Source of the DNA: an uncultured Eubacteriales bacterium
GTDB lineage: Bacteria > Bacillota > Clostridia > Oscillospirales > Acutalibacteraceae
NCBI GenBank assembly: GCA_964448455.1
Contig: CAYUWQ010000001.1
Span: 1 to 55,825, forward strand
Length of the DNA: 55,825 nt
Direction of reading: 5' to 3'
Part shown: positions 33,263 to 42,102 of the stretch, piece after piece
Layout of the letters: every line of letters begins with the position of its first letter
Position numbering within the stretch: the stretch's first letter is position 1
Position numbers and translations under genes: made by a program
The notes under the pieces: generated by a model
The model's database searches: none
Told to the model about the DNA's origin: nothing
Seen by the model: the letters and a program-made list of their open reading frames with translations, nothing else

Positions 33263-34390
33263 TTGAAGATAACTGTAACAACCGGCAAAGCGCGCAGAGG
33301 CGAAATAGAAACCGTTCACGGTAAGGTTCAAACACCGGCTTTTATGAATGTCGCCACACAAGGCGCCATAAAAGGCGCGTTGTCGGCGTATGACTTGGCC
33401 GAAATATCGTGTCAGGTGCAGCTGTGCAACACATACCACCTTCATCTGCGTCCGGGCGACCGGCTTGTGCGGGAAATGGGCGGTTTGCATGAGTTCACCG
33501 GCTGGCAGGGTCCGATTCTTACGGACAGCGGCGGGTTTCAAGTATTTTCGCTGGCTGCTTTGCGCAAAATCAAAGAAGAAGGCGTATATTTTTCTTCGCA
33601 CATTGACGGCAGACATATTTTTATGGGACCGGAAGAAAGTATGCAAATCCAATCAAACTTAGCCTCAACAATAGCCATGGCTTTTGATGAATGTGTTGAG
33701 AACCCGGCCGCAATGAGCTATGCAAGGGATTCCTGCGCGCGTACTGTACGCTGGCTTTACCGCTGCAAAGAAGAAATAGAGCGTCTCAACGCGCTGAGCG
33801 ACACACTCAACAAAAAGCAGCTTCTTTTCGGTATCAACCAAGGCTGTACATTTGATGACCTTCGCATCGAAAATATGCAAAGAATTACCGAACTTGACCT
33901 GGATGGATATGCCATCGGCGGGCTTGCCGTCGGCGAACCCAAAGAAGATATGTATAGAATCATCTCTGTTGTGGAACCCTTCATGCCCAAAGATAAACCG
34001 CGCTACCTCATGGGCGTTGGTACACCCGGCAATATATTGGAAAGCGCAAGCAGGGGCGTTGACCTGTTTGACTGTGTTATGCCCAGCAGAAACGCGCGGC
34101 ACGGACACCTGTTTACCTGGCAAGGAATACTCAATCTCAATAACGCGAAGTACGAAAAAGACCCGAGCCCGATCGACACGGCATGCGACTGCCCGGTCTG
34201 CAAAAGGCACTCCAGGGCGTACATTCATCATCTCTTCAAGGCGAAAGAAATGCTCGCCATGCGCCTTTGTGTGATGCATAATCTTTATTTCTACAACAAT
34301 TTCATGCAAAGGATACGCGATGAACTTGACGGAGAAACCTTTGATGCGTTTAAAGCACGGTATGTTGATATGCTTGACAAGCGGATTTAG
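33263..34390 (+). CDS. tgt: Queuine tRNA-ribosyltransferase
   Basis: TPAFMNVATQGAIKG, ILTDSGGFQVFSL and GYAIGGLAVGE are present. The zinc site is CDCPVC..HSRAYIHHL. The start is TTG at 33263. Confidence 0.95.
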   Translation: MKITVTTGKARRGEIETVHGKVQTPAFMNVATQGAIKGALSAYDLAEISCQVQLCNTYHLHLRPGDRLVREMGGLHEFTGWQGPILTDSGGFQVFSLAALRKIKEEGVYFSSHIDGRHIFMGPEESMQIQSNLASTIAMAFDECVENPAAMSYARDSCARTVRWLYRCKEEIERLNALSDTLNKKQLLFGINQGCTFDDLRIENMQRITELDLDGYAIGGLAVGEPKEDMYRIISVVEPFMPKDKPRYLMGVGTPGNILESASRGVDLFDCVMPSRNARHGHLFTWQGILNLNNAKYEKDPSPIDTACDCPVCKRHSRAYIHHLFKAKEMLAMRLCVMHNLYFYNNFMQRIRDELDGETFDAFKARYVDMLDKRI

Positions 34391-34406
34391 ACGGGTAAAA
34401 AATAGC

Positions 34407-34434
34407 TTGCATATTAAGCCCTTTATGTTATAAT
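34407..34434 (+). promoter_or_regulatory. Putative promoter for yajC (TTGCAT, 16 nt spacer, TATAAT)
   Basis: TTGCAT is at 34407-34412 and TATAAT at 34429-34434. Confidence 0.5.
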
Positions 34435-34465
34435 TAACACATCACTTTTTGGAGGTTTTTTATTA

Positions 34466-34918
34466 ATGGATTTTTACACCCTTTTAACAACTGCGGGCAC
34501 AACGGGCGCAGCCGGCGGTAAAAGCAACTTTTCGCTTATCTTTTTAATGGGCGGTATGTTCGCCATCATGTACTTTGTCATGATCAGACCGCAGAAAAAA
34601 AAGCAGGCGGCCGAGAAGGAGATGCGCGAAAGCCTTCAGGTTGGCGATGAAATAACAACAATCGGCGGTATCGTCGGCAGAGTCGTCACGGTTAAAGACG
34701 ATTCCCTGATTATCGAAACCGGCGCGGACAGAAATAAAATCAAGATTACCCGCTGGGCAATCAGCACCAACAACACCGCGACCGAGAAGGCCGAGGCTGA
34801 AAGGCAAGCCGCCAAAGACGCACAGGAAGCGGAAAGAGCAGCCAAGATGGAAGAAAGCCGCGAAAGCAGCAAAGCAAGACGAAAAAAGAGCAAGAAAAAC
34901 AGCGACAACGACGAATAA
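34466..34918 (+). CDS. yajC: Preprotein translocase subunit YajC with a long charged C-terminal tail
   Basis: The YajC core is FLMGGMFAIMYFVMIRPQKKKQAAEKEMRESLQVGDEITTIGGIVGRVVTV. An extra tail of about 45 aa rich in Ala, Glu and Lys follows. Confidence 0.85.
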   Translation: MDFYTLLTTAGTTGAAGGKSNFSLIFLMGGMFAIMYFVMIRPQKKKQAAEKEMRESLQVGDEITTIGGIVGRVVTVKDDSLIIETGADRNKIKITRWAISTNNTATEKAEAERQAAKDAQEAERAAKMEESRESSKARRKKSKKNSDNDE

Positions 34919-34928
34919 GAATCAGTCA

Positions 34929-34972
34929 GCCCCCTCATCTTCAATTATAGTTGATATGCGGGGGTTTTGTTT
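34929..34972 (+). terminator. Probable Rho-independent terminator after yajC (imperfect stem)
   Basis: gccccctcatc...gatatgcggggg is followed by TTTTGTTTT. Confidence 0.45.
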
Positions 34973-35007
34973 TATGTTGGAATGACGCTCAACGGGAGGA
35001 ACATAGT

Positions 35008-36123
35008 ATGAAAAGGCGTTTCAAATCAATTCTATGCGTAATGCTTGCGCTGGTAATGACAGCAGCAGTCGCCGCGCCGGTTTCGGCTGCGTACCCCTCC
35101 GCGGATGAATCGCTGCGGTTTCGGCCGGACGGCTCTTTTACGATTTTGCAGTTTACCGACACGCAGGATACGCAGTGGCCGTCACCCAATCTTCTCACCC
35201 TGATACAAAAGGCAATTGATACAAGCAAACCGGACTTGGTGGTGTTCACCGGTGATCAATTAAAAAATTACGACTCCGATTACGGCAAAAATGGTCATGA
35301 TTGGAAAGTTAAAAAAGCGCTCCACGCGATCATTCAACCTGCTGTTGCACGGGGGATTCCGTTTGCCTTTGCTTTCGGCAACCATGACTCTCAGTTGTCT
35401 TTTACGCTCGAAGAACAGGTGGCTTTTCTCCAAAAGTATAAAGGATGCCTTGTTAAAGATGAAGGGCCAACAATCAGCGGTTGCGGGAACTACAATGTTC
35501 CGGTACTTGGCAGTTCCGGCGATGCGGCAGCGTTTAACTTGTATTTTCTTGACTCGAACCAATCAAAAGTTCTGCCCGATCAAATTGACTGGTATATAGC
35601 CAAAAGCAGCGAACTGAAAGTGAATAACGGCGGTGCGCCCGTCCCTTCCATCGAGTTTCAGCACATTGTACCTTACAATGATGACCTTGTCGGCGCATTT
35701 GCCGCGCAGGGGGATGTGAAGGCTTCGTTTTTTGGGCATAACCACTACAGGAGCGACAACTATAACTGGTTAGGTATTGAACTGTATTACACCCCGACAG
35801 CCGGATTCAACGAGTTCGCGCCCGGCAGGGATCGCGGAGCGCGGGTAATCAAACTCAATGAAAATGAGCCGGACTCAATTGAGACCTATATTTTGACCTT
35901 TAACGATTTATTTGATGACAACCCGATAACTGACTGCAGATATCTGTTGTTTACGCTTGGTGAAATTCAAGGTAACGCCTGGGAGAAGACGGTTTCCGTC
36001 CTTTCAAGCGTATCACAAGCGCTGCTTTACCTTGCTAAAATATCACAAGGCAATCCCGGTACCGTCATCAGTGAGCTTTTCGTTTTCTTCGGGTTTGACA
36101 GCGGACTGCGTGAATACCGTTGA
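35008..36123 (+). CDS. Secreted calcineurin-like metallophosphoesterase
   Basis: I set the start at ATG 35008, with GGGAGGA upstream. The signal peptide is MKRRFKSILCVMLALVMTAAVAAPVSA. The motifs are FTILQFTDTQD, VVFTGDQL, FAFGNHD, FQHIV and FFGHNHY. Confidence 0.8.
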   Translation: MKRRFKSILCVMLALVMTAAVAAPVSAAYPSADESLRFRPDGSFTILQFTDTQDTQWPSPNLLTLIQKAIDTSKPDLVVFTGDQLKNYDSDYGKNGHDWKVKKALHAIIQPAVARGIPFAFAFGNHDSQLSFTLEEQVAFLQKYKGCLVKDEGPTISGCGNYNVPVLGSSGDAAAFNLYFLDSNQSKVLPDQIDWYIAKSSELKVNNGGAPVPSIEFQHIVPYNDDLVGAFAAQGDVKASFFGHNHYRSDNYNWLGIELYYTPTAGFNEFAPGRDRGARVIKLNENEPDSIETYILTFNDLFDDNPITDCRYLLFTLGEIQGNAWEKTVSVLSSVSQALLYLAKISQGNPGTVISELFVFFGFDSGLREYR

Positions 36124-36142
36124 TCTGTTCGGGATATGATTA

Positions 36143-36190
36143 GACCCGCCGCGCGTCAAGCTTCAACTTGAAACACGGCGGGTTCTTTCG
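36143..36190 (+). terminator. Rho-independent terminator
   Basis: gacccgccg, a structured loop, cggcgggttc forms a GC-rich stem followed by TTTCGTT. Confidence 0.55.
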
Positions 36191-36315
36191 TTGGAAAAAC
36201 AGCCGTAACCTTGTTTCTGCTGCCTGACGATTGAAAAGAAACAACCTGTATGATATACTGATTCCCGAACTCGTGCCACCTTTAATAAAGTGATGATCGG
36301 AGCAGCGTTAAGTCA

Positions 36316-38706
36316 ATGACATCAAAAAATAAAAAAACTTATGTAAACATTATAACGGGGCTGCTTGCTGCGGTACTTGTGTTATGCTGTTTGTCCGCCT
36401 GTGAAAAGGGCGGTAAAAATATCAATACGCAATCCTTCCCGAAAGATGACATTGCTGATGTTTATCCTTCTAACACAAATACAAACCTTCATGTTTCGGA
36501 AGCCGGAAATTCAAATCTGAAGCTTGTCGCAAAATCCGGCCTTGTAGAAATTTATTTAGATACAACAACTTATGCGGTTGCGGTGCGCGAAACGCTCAAA
36601 GACGCTTATTGGTATTCGTTGCCGGTGGTGCCGGGGGAATACACGGGCCGTTACAACTTTTCTGCCTCTCCCATAAATATTACCCTTGTCAACGGAGCTA
36701 AAACCTACTATTTGAACTCGCAGGACAATGCTGTCGCGCAGGGTAATGCCTATTACAACATATTATACGATAATGTCGATAAACCGGTCGACACGAATTC
36801 GACCCCGGTCGGGGTACAGGTTTATTACTTCATTACACCGGATATCGAAACGGCTGAAAAAAAAGCATACAGTGAAACGGATATTGTTTTTTTAGTCAGC
36901 TTAACCTACACCCTGCAAGACGGCAGTCTGTATGTCAATTGCGAACACATTAACTTGACGGGCAACCCGAATGTCTTTATGAAAGATATTAGTCTGCTTG
37001 AATATTTCGGCGCTTCAGCATCCGCGCAGCCGGGCGATTTTCTGCTTGTTCCGGACAAGGGCGGCGCGCTCATTCATACCGCAGTGGAACAACCGTCCTT
37101 CAGCCCGATGACGCTGCAGGTTTACGGCGGCAATCAAAGCACGCAAACACCGGAGGATGAAAAGGCAGCGGTTGTGGCGGCATTCGGCATGAAAAAAGGT
37201 GAGAACGCGTTGGCCGTGATTGTTGAAGAAGGCGACGCGGTTGCGCGGATATCTGCCGACAGGGCAACCGGAAGCAGCGGCTTTAACAAGGTGGGTTCGT
37301 CTTTCACGATTACCGAAATGCAAGATGTTGAAAAAGGCAATAAAATTATCCGTACTGCCGCGCAGAATTCATTCAACGGTTCCGTAAAACTCTGTCTCCG
37401 GTTTTTATCGGGGGGTAACTCGACTTATTCGGGCATTGCGGCCGTGTGCCGGGAACAACTGATCCGTGATAACATCCTGTCAAAGAAAACGCTCGAGAGT
37501 ACAGAGAATTTACCCTTTCATCTGACGACTGTCGGCGCGGTTAAAACAAGTATCATCGATTTGATTCCCGTCAAATCAACAAAAAACCTGACAGCGTTCG
37601 ATCAGACGCAGGATATGGTTTCGCGGATGAAATCCAAAGGCGTCAACAACATTTCTTTGCGGTATACGGGTGCCCTCACCGGGGGATTGAATCAAGAGGA
37701 TATTTCAAAGGCAAGCATATTGCGTACACTTGGCGGCAAAACCGGGTTTGAAGAACTTAACACTTATATGAATTCGCAGAAGATGGATTTGTATTTGGAT
37801 ATCGGATTGCTTTCCTTCAAACAAGCACCGGTTTTCGACAAAGCAAAAACAATAACGACAGTAAGCCGGGGCAAAGGGTATACGCTGACAAAAAATGATA
37901 TCTCCGCTTATTCAGGCAATACGAGCTTCAAACAGAATCTGCGGCCGGTTGCCGGGCTTGACAACGCAGTGCTGAAAGTCCTTTCCGGCTTCAGAAACTC
38001 GTCTTTGGGCGGGTTTTGCCTCAATGATGCCGGCAGGATTCTTTACTCCGACTTTTCCGGCATTGGTTACAACCGTCAGGATACCGCCGAAGAGATCGAC
38101 AAACAGATCGCCGCTCTGTCAAACGGCAGAGAAATAATGCTGGATACCGGCAACTTCAGCGCGGTAAAGAATGCCGGCGTGATTGTGAATATGCCCATGC
38201 CCCCGGAAACCGGTGAGGGTGAAAACATTCCGTATCAGTATATTCCGTTCATTCAACTCATTCTTCATGGCATCGTCGATTACTCAGGCACCCCCATTAA
38301 CCTGTCATTTAACCCGGGTGACAGTACGATACAGTCCAAAGACCTGCTTTTTGCATCATTAACCGGACAAAAGCAGAAACCCATGAAGGACATGATGCTG
38401 AAATATATCGAATACGGCGCCTGCCCGAGTTATATATGGAGTTATAAACGGCTTGACGATCCGCCCAAAGTTATTGAAACATTCTATTATGATGACTGGA
38501 TTAACCAAGCGGTTGATTTTTATGCACAGGCAAACGCCGCGCTTTCCGACCTGCGCTCATTGAGAATGGTTCGGCATACCCAAATACTCCCCGGTGTTTT
38601 TCGCACCGAATATGAAGGCAGCAAATTGATTTATGTGAACTACAATAACACGGATGTCGATGTCGGCGGCATAACAGTGAAGGCAAGAGATTTCCTCAGG
38701 CTTTAA
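36316..38706 (+). CDS. Large lipoprotein of unknown function (796 aa)
   Basis: The signal peptide has a lipobox: ...LLAAVLVLCCLSAC. The mature part has no motif I can assign with confidence. Segments such as DFLLVPDKGGALI and YQYIPFIQLILHGIVDYSG are reminiscent of glycoside-hydrolase-like uncharacterised families, but this comes from memory only. Confidence 0.65.
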   Translation: MTSKNKKTYVNIITGLLAAVLVLCCLSACEKGGKNINTQSFPKDDIADVYPSNTNTNLHVSEAGNSNLKLVAKSGLVEIYLDTTTYAVAVRETLKDAYWYSLPVVPGEYTGRYNFSASPINITLVNGAKTYYLNSQDNAVAQGNAYYNILYDNVDKPVDTNSTPVGVQVYYFITPDIETAEKKAYSETDIVFLVSLTYTLQDGSLYVNCEHINLTGNPNVFMKDISLLEYFGASASAQPGDFLLVPDKGGALIHTAVEQPSFSPMTLQVYGGNQSTQTPEDEKAAVVAAFGMKKGENALAVIVEEGDAVARISADRATGSSGFNKVGSSFTITEMQDVEKGNKIIRTAAQNSFNGSVKLCLRFLSGGNSTYSGIAAVCREQLIRDNILSKKTLESTENLPFHLTTVGAVKTSIIDLIPVKSTKNLTAFDQTQDMVSRMKSKGVNNISLRYTGALTGGLNQEDISKASILRTLGGKTGFEELNTYMNSQKMDLYLDIGLLSFKQAPVFDKAKTITTVSRGKGYTLTKNDISAYSGNTSFKQNLRPVAGLDNAVLKVLSGFRNSSLGGFCLNDAGRILYSDFSGIGYNRQDTAEEIDKQIAALSNGREIMLDTGNFSAVKNAGVIVNMPMPPETGEGENIPYQYIPFIQLILHGIVDYSGTPINLSFNPGDSTIQSKDLLFASLTGQKQKPMKDMMLKYIEYGACPSYIWSYKRLDDPPKVIETFYYDDWINQAVDFYAQANAALSDLRSLRMVRHTQILPGVFRTEYEGSKLIYVNYNNTDVDVGGITVKARDFLRL

Positions 38707-38710
38707 AAAA

Positions 38711-38748
38711 CATCTCCGGAAAGTCAGACTTCCGGAGATGCTTTTTTT
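38711..38748. terminator. Bidirectional Rho-independent terminator
   Basis: aaaaaaCATCTCCGGAAgtcagacTTCCGGAGATGcttttttt gives an 11-bp perfect stem flanked by A- and T-runs. It lies between convergent genes. Confidence 0.85.
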
Positions 38749-38755
38749 GCTTTTT

Positions 38756-39670
38756 CTACAGTACACTAAGGTCATATGGTGTGCGCTGGTACACAAAATA
38801 ATTCAGCCAGTTGGAAAACAGAAGGCTTCCCGTTTCCCGCCAGGTCATCAAAGGCTTTTTACCGGGATCGTCACCGGGGAAGTAGTTGTAGGGGACTTTG
38901 ATCGGCAATCCCTTTTTCAGGTCGCGGAAGTATTCGTTCGCAAGGGTATTTCGGTCATACTCCGAATGGCCGGTTGTATAAAAGTTGCGGCAAGCCATAT
39001 CGGATACCAGGTGAACGCCGGACATATCGGAATAAGAGAGGATTTGCAAATCCTTGACCAACGCGATATCCCCGCGGCGGATTTCAGTGTGCCTTGACTG
39101 CGGAACATAAAATATATCGTCAAAACCCCTGAGCAACGGGTGGAATAAATCCAAGGGGCGGTGCGGAAAAACACCGAACATTTTTTCCTCAAGCTTGTAT
39201 TTCGGCAATCCGTAGTGGTAATACAAGCCCGCCTGAGCGCCCCAGCAGATGTAAAAGGTCGAATAGACATTTGTTTTAGCCCATTCAAAAATCTTGCAGA
39301 GTTCTTCCCAGTAGTCAACCGCTTCGAATTCCAGCAGTTCCACCGGCGCACCGGTGACAACCAACCCGTCATATCTGGAATCTTTGATATCGTCAAATGT
39401 GTTATAAAATTTAAGCATATGTTCCTGCGTGGTGTTTTTGGATGTGTGCGTTGCTGTTTGCAGCAGTTCAACCTCCACCTGTATGGGTGTATTGCTCAGC
39501 AGCCGGAGAATTTGCGTCTCCGTTTCGATTTTGGTCGGCATCAGGTTGAGCACAAGAATACGCAGGGGCCGGATATCCTGCTGCAGCGCGCGGGATTCGG
39601 TGATAACAAAAATATTCTCATCTTCAAGCGATTTGTGGGCAGGCAGCTGGTTGTCAATTTTAATCGGCAT
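38756..39670 (-). CDS. metA: Homoserine O-acyltransferase (MetA family; succinyl or acetyl)
   Basis: [11 protein letters not shown]...[38 protein letters not shown] is the canonical MetA N-terminus. [16 protein letters not shown] contains the active-site Cys. I set the start at ATG 39670, with GAGGTG upstream. Confidence 0.9.
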   Translation of the reverse strand: MPIKIDNQLPAHKSLEDENIFVITESRALQQDIRPLRILVLNLMPTKIETETQILRLLSNTPIQVEVELLQTATHTSKNTTQEHMLKFYNTFDDIKDSRYDGLVVTGAPVELLEFEAVDYWEELCKIFEWAKTNVYSTFYICWGAQAGLYYHYGLPKYKLEEKMFGVFPHRPLDLFHPLLRGFDDIFYVPQSRHTEIRRGDIALVKDLQILSYSDMSGVHLVSDMACRNFYTTGHSEYDRNTLANEYFRDLKKGLPIKVPYNYFPGDDPGKKPLMTWRETGSLLFSNWLNYFVYQRTPYDLSVL

Positions 39671-39732
39671 GGATTTCACCTCGCAACATGGATTAATCTG
39701 ATCGAATTCTATGTCATCTGTTGAACCCTTAT

Positions 39733-39761
39733 ATAATAACACGATGTGTTCTGTTGTTCAA
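39733..39761 (-). promoter_or_regulatory. Putative promoter for metA (TTGAAC, 17 nt spacer, TATTAT)
   Basis: On the minus strand, TTGAAC is at 39761-39756 and TATTAT at 39738-39733. The leader is about 55 nt. Confidence 0.5.
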
Positions 39762-39846
39762 GCATTTAAATTTCTATTAGCAATTATCGTGATGTAAGTT
39801 CAAACTAAACATAAGCAAACGCCAAGCAAAACAAAGAAAAAAATGC

Positions 39847-39875
39847 TTGACTTTGCAACCCTAATCATTTATTAT
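39847..39875 (+). promoter_or_regulatory. Putative promoter for tRNA-Lys (TTGACT, 17 nt spacer, TATTAT)
   Basis: TTGACT is at 39847-39852 and TATTAT at 39870-39875. Confidence 0.5.
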
Positions 39876-39901
39876 ATTCAAGTGCCAAATTTGGCAAATA
39901 T

Positions 39902-39977
39902 GATCCATTAGCTCAGTCGGTAGAGCACTTGACTTTTAATCAAGGTGTCCGGCGTTCGAATCGCCGATGGATCACCA
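39902..39977 (+). tRNA. tRNA-Lys (anticodon UUU)
   Basis: The sequence is GATCCATTAGCTCAGTCGGTAGAGCACTTGACTTTTAATCAAGGTGTCCGGCGTTCGAATCGCCGATGGATCACCA. The loop is CTTTTAA. Confidence 0.9.
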
Positions 39978-40013
39978 TTTTTCAAAAAGCCCCAAAAGTC
40001 CCGATATCTGGGC

Positions 40014-40334
40014 TTATGGGGTTTTGCTTTTATTCCATTGGTATTTTGCCAGGTCAATCCTGCCGTCGGCGTCAAATACGACACCCTCGCCGGTCAGCAG
40101 CTGAATCTGCATGTTTTCCCCACCGAATGCAAAGGCGCTTGAAACCTCCCCGAAACGGTTGACAACCCGATGGCAGGGGATTTTGCCGGGGGTTGGATTG
40201 ACATGCAGCGCGAACCCGACCACCCGTGACCAGCGAGGATTGCCGGCATAGGCTGCGACTTGGCCGTAGGTGGCAACCTGCCCCGGCGGGATGCTTTTTA
40301 CCACTTCATAAATCTTGTCAAAACTGTTTTCCAT
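40014..40334 (-). CDS. MGMT-family protein (methylated-DNA-protein-cysteine methyltransferase DNA-binding/active-site domain only)
   Basis: 106 aa. The motifs are IPPGQVATYGQVA, IPCHRVVN (the PCHRV active-site motif) and a C-terminal helix. There is no N-terminal Ada/Ogt domain. Confidence 0.8.
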   Translation of the reverse strand: MENSFDKIYEVVKSIPPGQVATYGQVAAYAGNPRWSRVVGFALHVNPTPGKIPCHRVVNRFGEVSSAFAFGGENMQIQLLTGEGVVFDADGRIDLAKYQWNKSKTP

Positions 40335-40363
40335 ATGCCACCGTTCCTTATTAAAAACTGGAG

Positions 40364-41023
40364 TTGCTCTATTTGAATACAGTAAAACCGAAATACACCC
40401 ATGTTTTGTGGGACTGGAACGGTACGCTGCTCAATGATGTCGGTGCGGCGCTTAAATCCGTCAATCAAATGCTCGAACGCCGGGGGCGGACGCCGATTAC
40501 TATGGCTCAGTACTATGAGTATATCGGCATCCCGATCCGGAAGTTCTACGAGAACATTTTTAATCTTGAACAAGAGGATTATGCCGGGATACTCAAAGAG
40601 TATAACGACGGATACGAGAACCTGCGGCATGAAACAACGCTGGCAAAGGGCGCGGGGGATGTGCTGTGCCATATACACCGCAGCGGTTTGCGGCAAATTG
40701 TCCTTTCATCCTGTGAGCAGAACCAGCTGAACAGTTATGTCGCGCATTATGAGCTTCAGGATTACTTTGACACCGTTATCGGCTCCCAAGACTTTTTCGC
40801 GGGCAGCAAAGTGGAGCGCGCAAAGCGACATTTGGCGGACAACGGCATTGACCCGAAAAGGGTGCTGGTGGTCGGTGACCTTGTGCATGATTATGAAATG
40901 GCACGGGAAATCGGCGCGGATTGTGTCTTAATCCCCAACGGTCACCAGAGCGCGCAGCAACTCGCAAGCAGCGGCGCGAAGGTTTTAGACACAATTATGC
41001 AGGTGCCGGATGAGTTGATTTAG
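40364..41023 (+). CDS. HAD-superfamily hydrolase (phosphoglycolate phosphatase-like subfamily IA)
   Basis: Motif I appears as VLWDWNGTL, with Asn in the second acidic position. Motif II is VLSS and motif IV is VVGDLVHD. The start could be TTG 40364 or TTG 40373; the latter has GGAG 9 nt upstream. Confidence 0.75.
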   Translation: MLYLNTVKPKYTHVLWDWNGTLLNDVGAALKSVNQMLERRGRTPITMAQYYEYIGIPIRKFYENIFNLEQEDYAGILKEYNDGYENLRHETTLAKGAGDVLCHIHRSGLRQIVLSSCEQNQLNSYVAHYELQDYFDTVIGSQDFFAGSKVERAKRHLADNGIDPKRVLVVGDLVHDYEMAREIGADCVLIPNGHQSAQQLASSGAKVLDTIMQVPDELI

Positions 41024-41046
41024 CAGCACTCTGATTGACTGAATCA

Positions 41047-41085
41047 CCGCAAAACCGGACATACCCGGATTTGCGGCGTTCTTTT
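41047..41085. terminator. Hairpin terminator between convergent genes
   Basis: ccgcaaa, inner ccgg/ccgg, tttgcgg is followed by CGTTCTTTT. Confidence 0.5.
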
Positions 41086-41104
41086 CATAGTACCGTTTGA
41101 ACGA

Positions 41105-42070
41105 TTAACCGGCGCCGTTCACCACATTGACGGGGCTGCCGTTTAAAAACGCGCGGAGATTTTCCGCCAAAATGCCGACAAGTCTTTTTCTTGTCTCAAA
41201 CCCGGCCCACGCGATATGCGGGGTAATAAAACATTTTTCGCAGTGCAGCAGCGGGTTGTCCGCCCCGGGCGGCTCAGTTGAGAGCACATCGACGCCGGCC
41301 CCTGCGATGATGCCGCTGTTGAGCGCGTGCGCGAGCGCCGTTTCATCAACAACACCACCGCGCGATGTGTTAATAAAAAACGCGGAGTTTTTCATTTTTG
41401 CAAAAAAATCGGCATTTGCCATCTTATCGGTTTCCGGTGTCAGCGGGCAGTGCATCGTGACGATATCGGATAGCTGAAGCAATTCGGCTAATTCGGCAAA
41501 TCTAAAGTTATTCCGTTGGCTTTCGCCGCCGGAATGCGGTGAATAAGCAATCACATTCATTTCCATCGCCTGCGCGATGTCCGCAACAGCCCGGCCGATT
41601 TTGCCAAAGCCGATGATGCCGAGCGTTTTTTGATAGAGTTCGACCAGCGGTGACTTCCAAAAGCAGAAGTTCCTGTTGGCGCTCCATTCGCCGTTTTTAA
41701 CGGCAGCATTATGCAGACCGACTTGATTGCATAACTCTAAAATATGCGCAAAGGTCATTTGCGCAACTGCCGATTTGCTGTAGGACGGAATGTTGGTAAC
41801 CGGAATACCGCGTTCTGCGGCGTATGGAAGATCTATCACATTGGTGCCGGTGCTCAGCAGGCCGATGTATTTTAATTTATGCAGACGGGCAAGAAGGTCT
41901 TTACCCAAAACGGTTTTGTTGGTAAAAACGATTTCACATTCCGCTGCTCTTTCCAAAACCTCATCGGGCTTTGTAAAGTCATAAACCGCGTATTCACCGA
42001 ATTCCGCGAGCCAATCCCATGACAAATCCCCCGGATTGGTTGTGTAGGCATCCAGTATTACAATTTTCAT
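41105..42070 (-). CDS. D-isomer-specific 2-hydroxyacid dehydrogenase (glycerate/hydroxypyruvate reductase-like)
   Basis: GIIGFGKIGRAVA is the NAD-binding GxGxxG. MHCPLT, NTSRGGVVDE and TPHIAW are also present. I set the start at MKIVILD (42070), with AAGGGA 9 nt upstream. Confidence 0.85.
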   Translation of the reverse strand: MKIVILDAYTTNPGDLSWDWLAEFGEYAVYDFTKPDEVLERAAECEIVFTNKTVLGKDLLARLHKLKYIGLLSTGTNVIDLPYAAERGIPVTNIPSYSKSAVAQMTFAHILELCNQVGLHNAAVKNGEWSANRNFCFWKSPLVELYQKTLGIIGFGKIGRAVADIAQAMEMNVIAYSPHSGGESQRNNFRFAELAELLQLSDIVTMHCPLTPETDKMANADFFAKMKNSAFFINTSRGGVVDETALAHALNSGIIAGAGVDVLSTEPPGADNPLLHCEKCFITPHIAWAGFETRKRLVGILAENLRAFLNGSPVNVVNGAG

Positions 42071-42102
42071 GCTGCAGTTTCCCTTCATAAACAGTTAAAC
42101 GA

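Noticed and set aside
33665-34309. A 214-aa minus-strand ORF inside tgt, together with other overlapping ORFs at 33143-33652 and 33852-34274.
   Set aside because: tgt is unambiguous in the plus frame (zinc site, catalytic motifs). The alternatives lack motifs and ribosome-binding sites.
38917-39724. 184-aa (minus, alternative frame) and 187-aa (plus) ORFs overlapping metA.
   Set aside because: The MetA frame carries the canonical N-terminus and active site, so the others are frame shadows.
39671-39761. Expected SAM (S-box) riboswitch or T-box in the metA leader, and a lysine (L-box) riboswitch upstream of asd (32015-32110).
   Set aside because: The leaders are only about 55-90 nt long and AT-rich. 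They lack the conserved GC-rich cores of these elements, so only promoter-like hexamers are seen.
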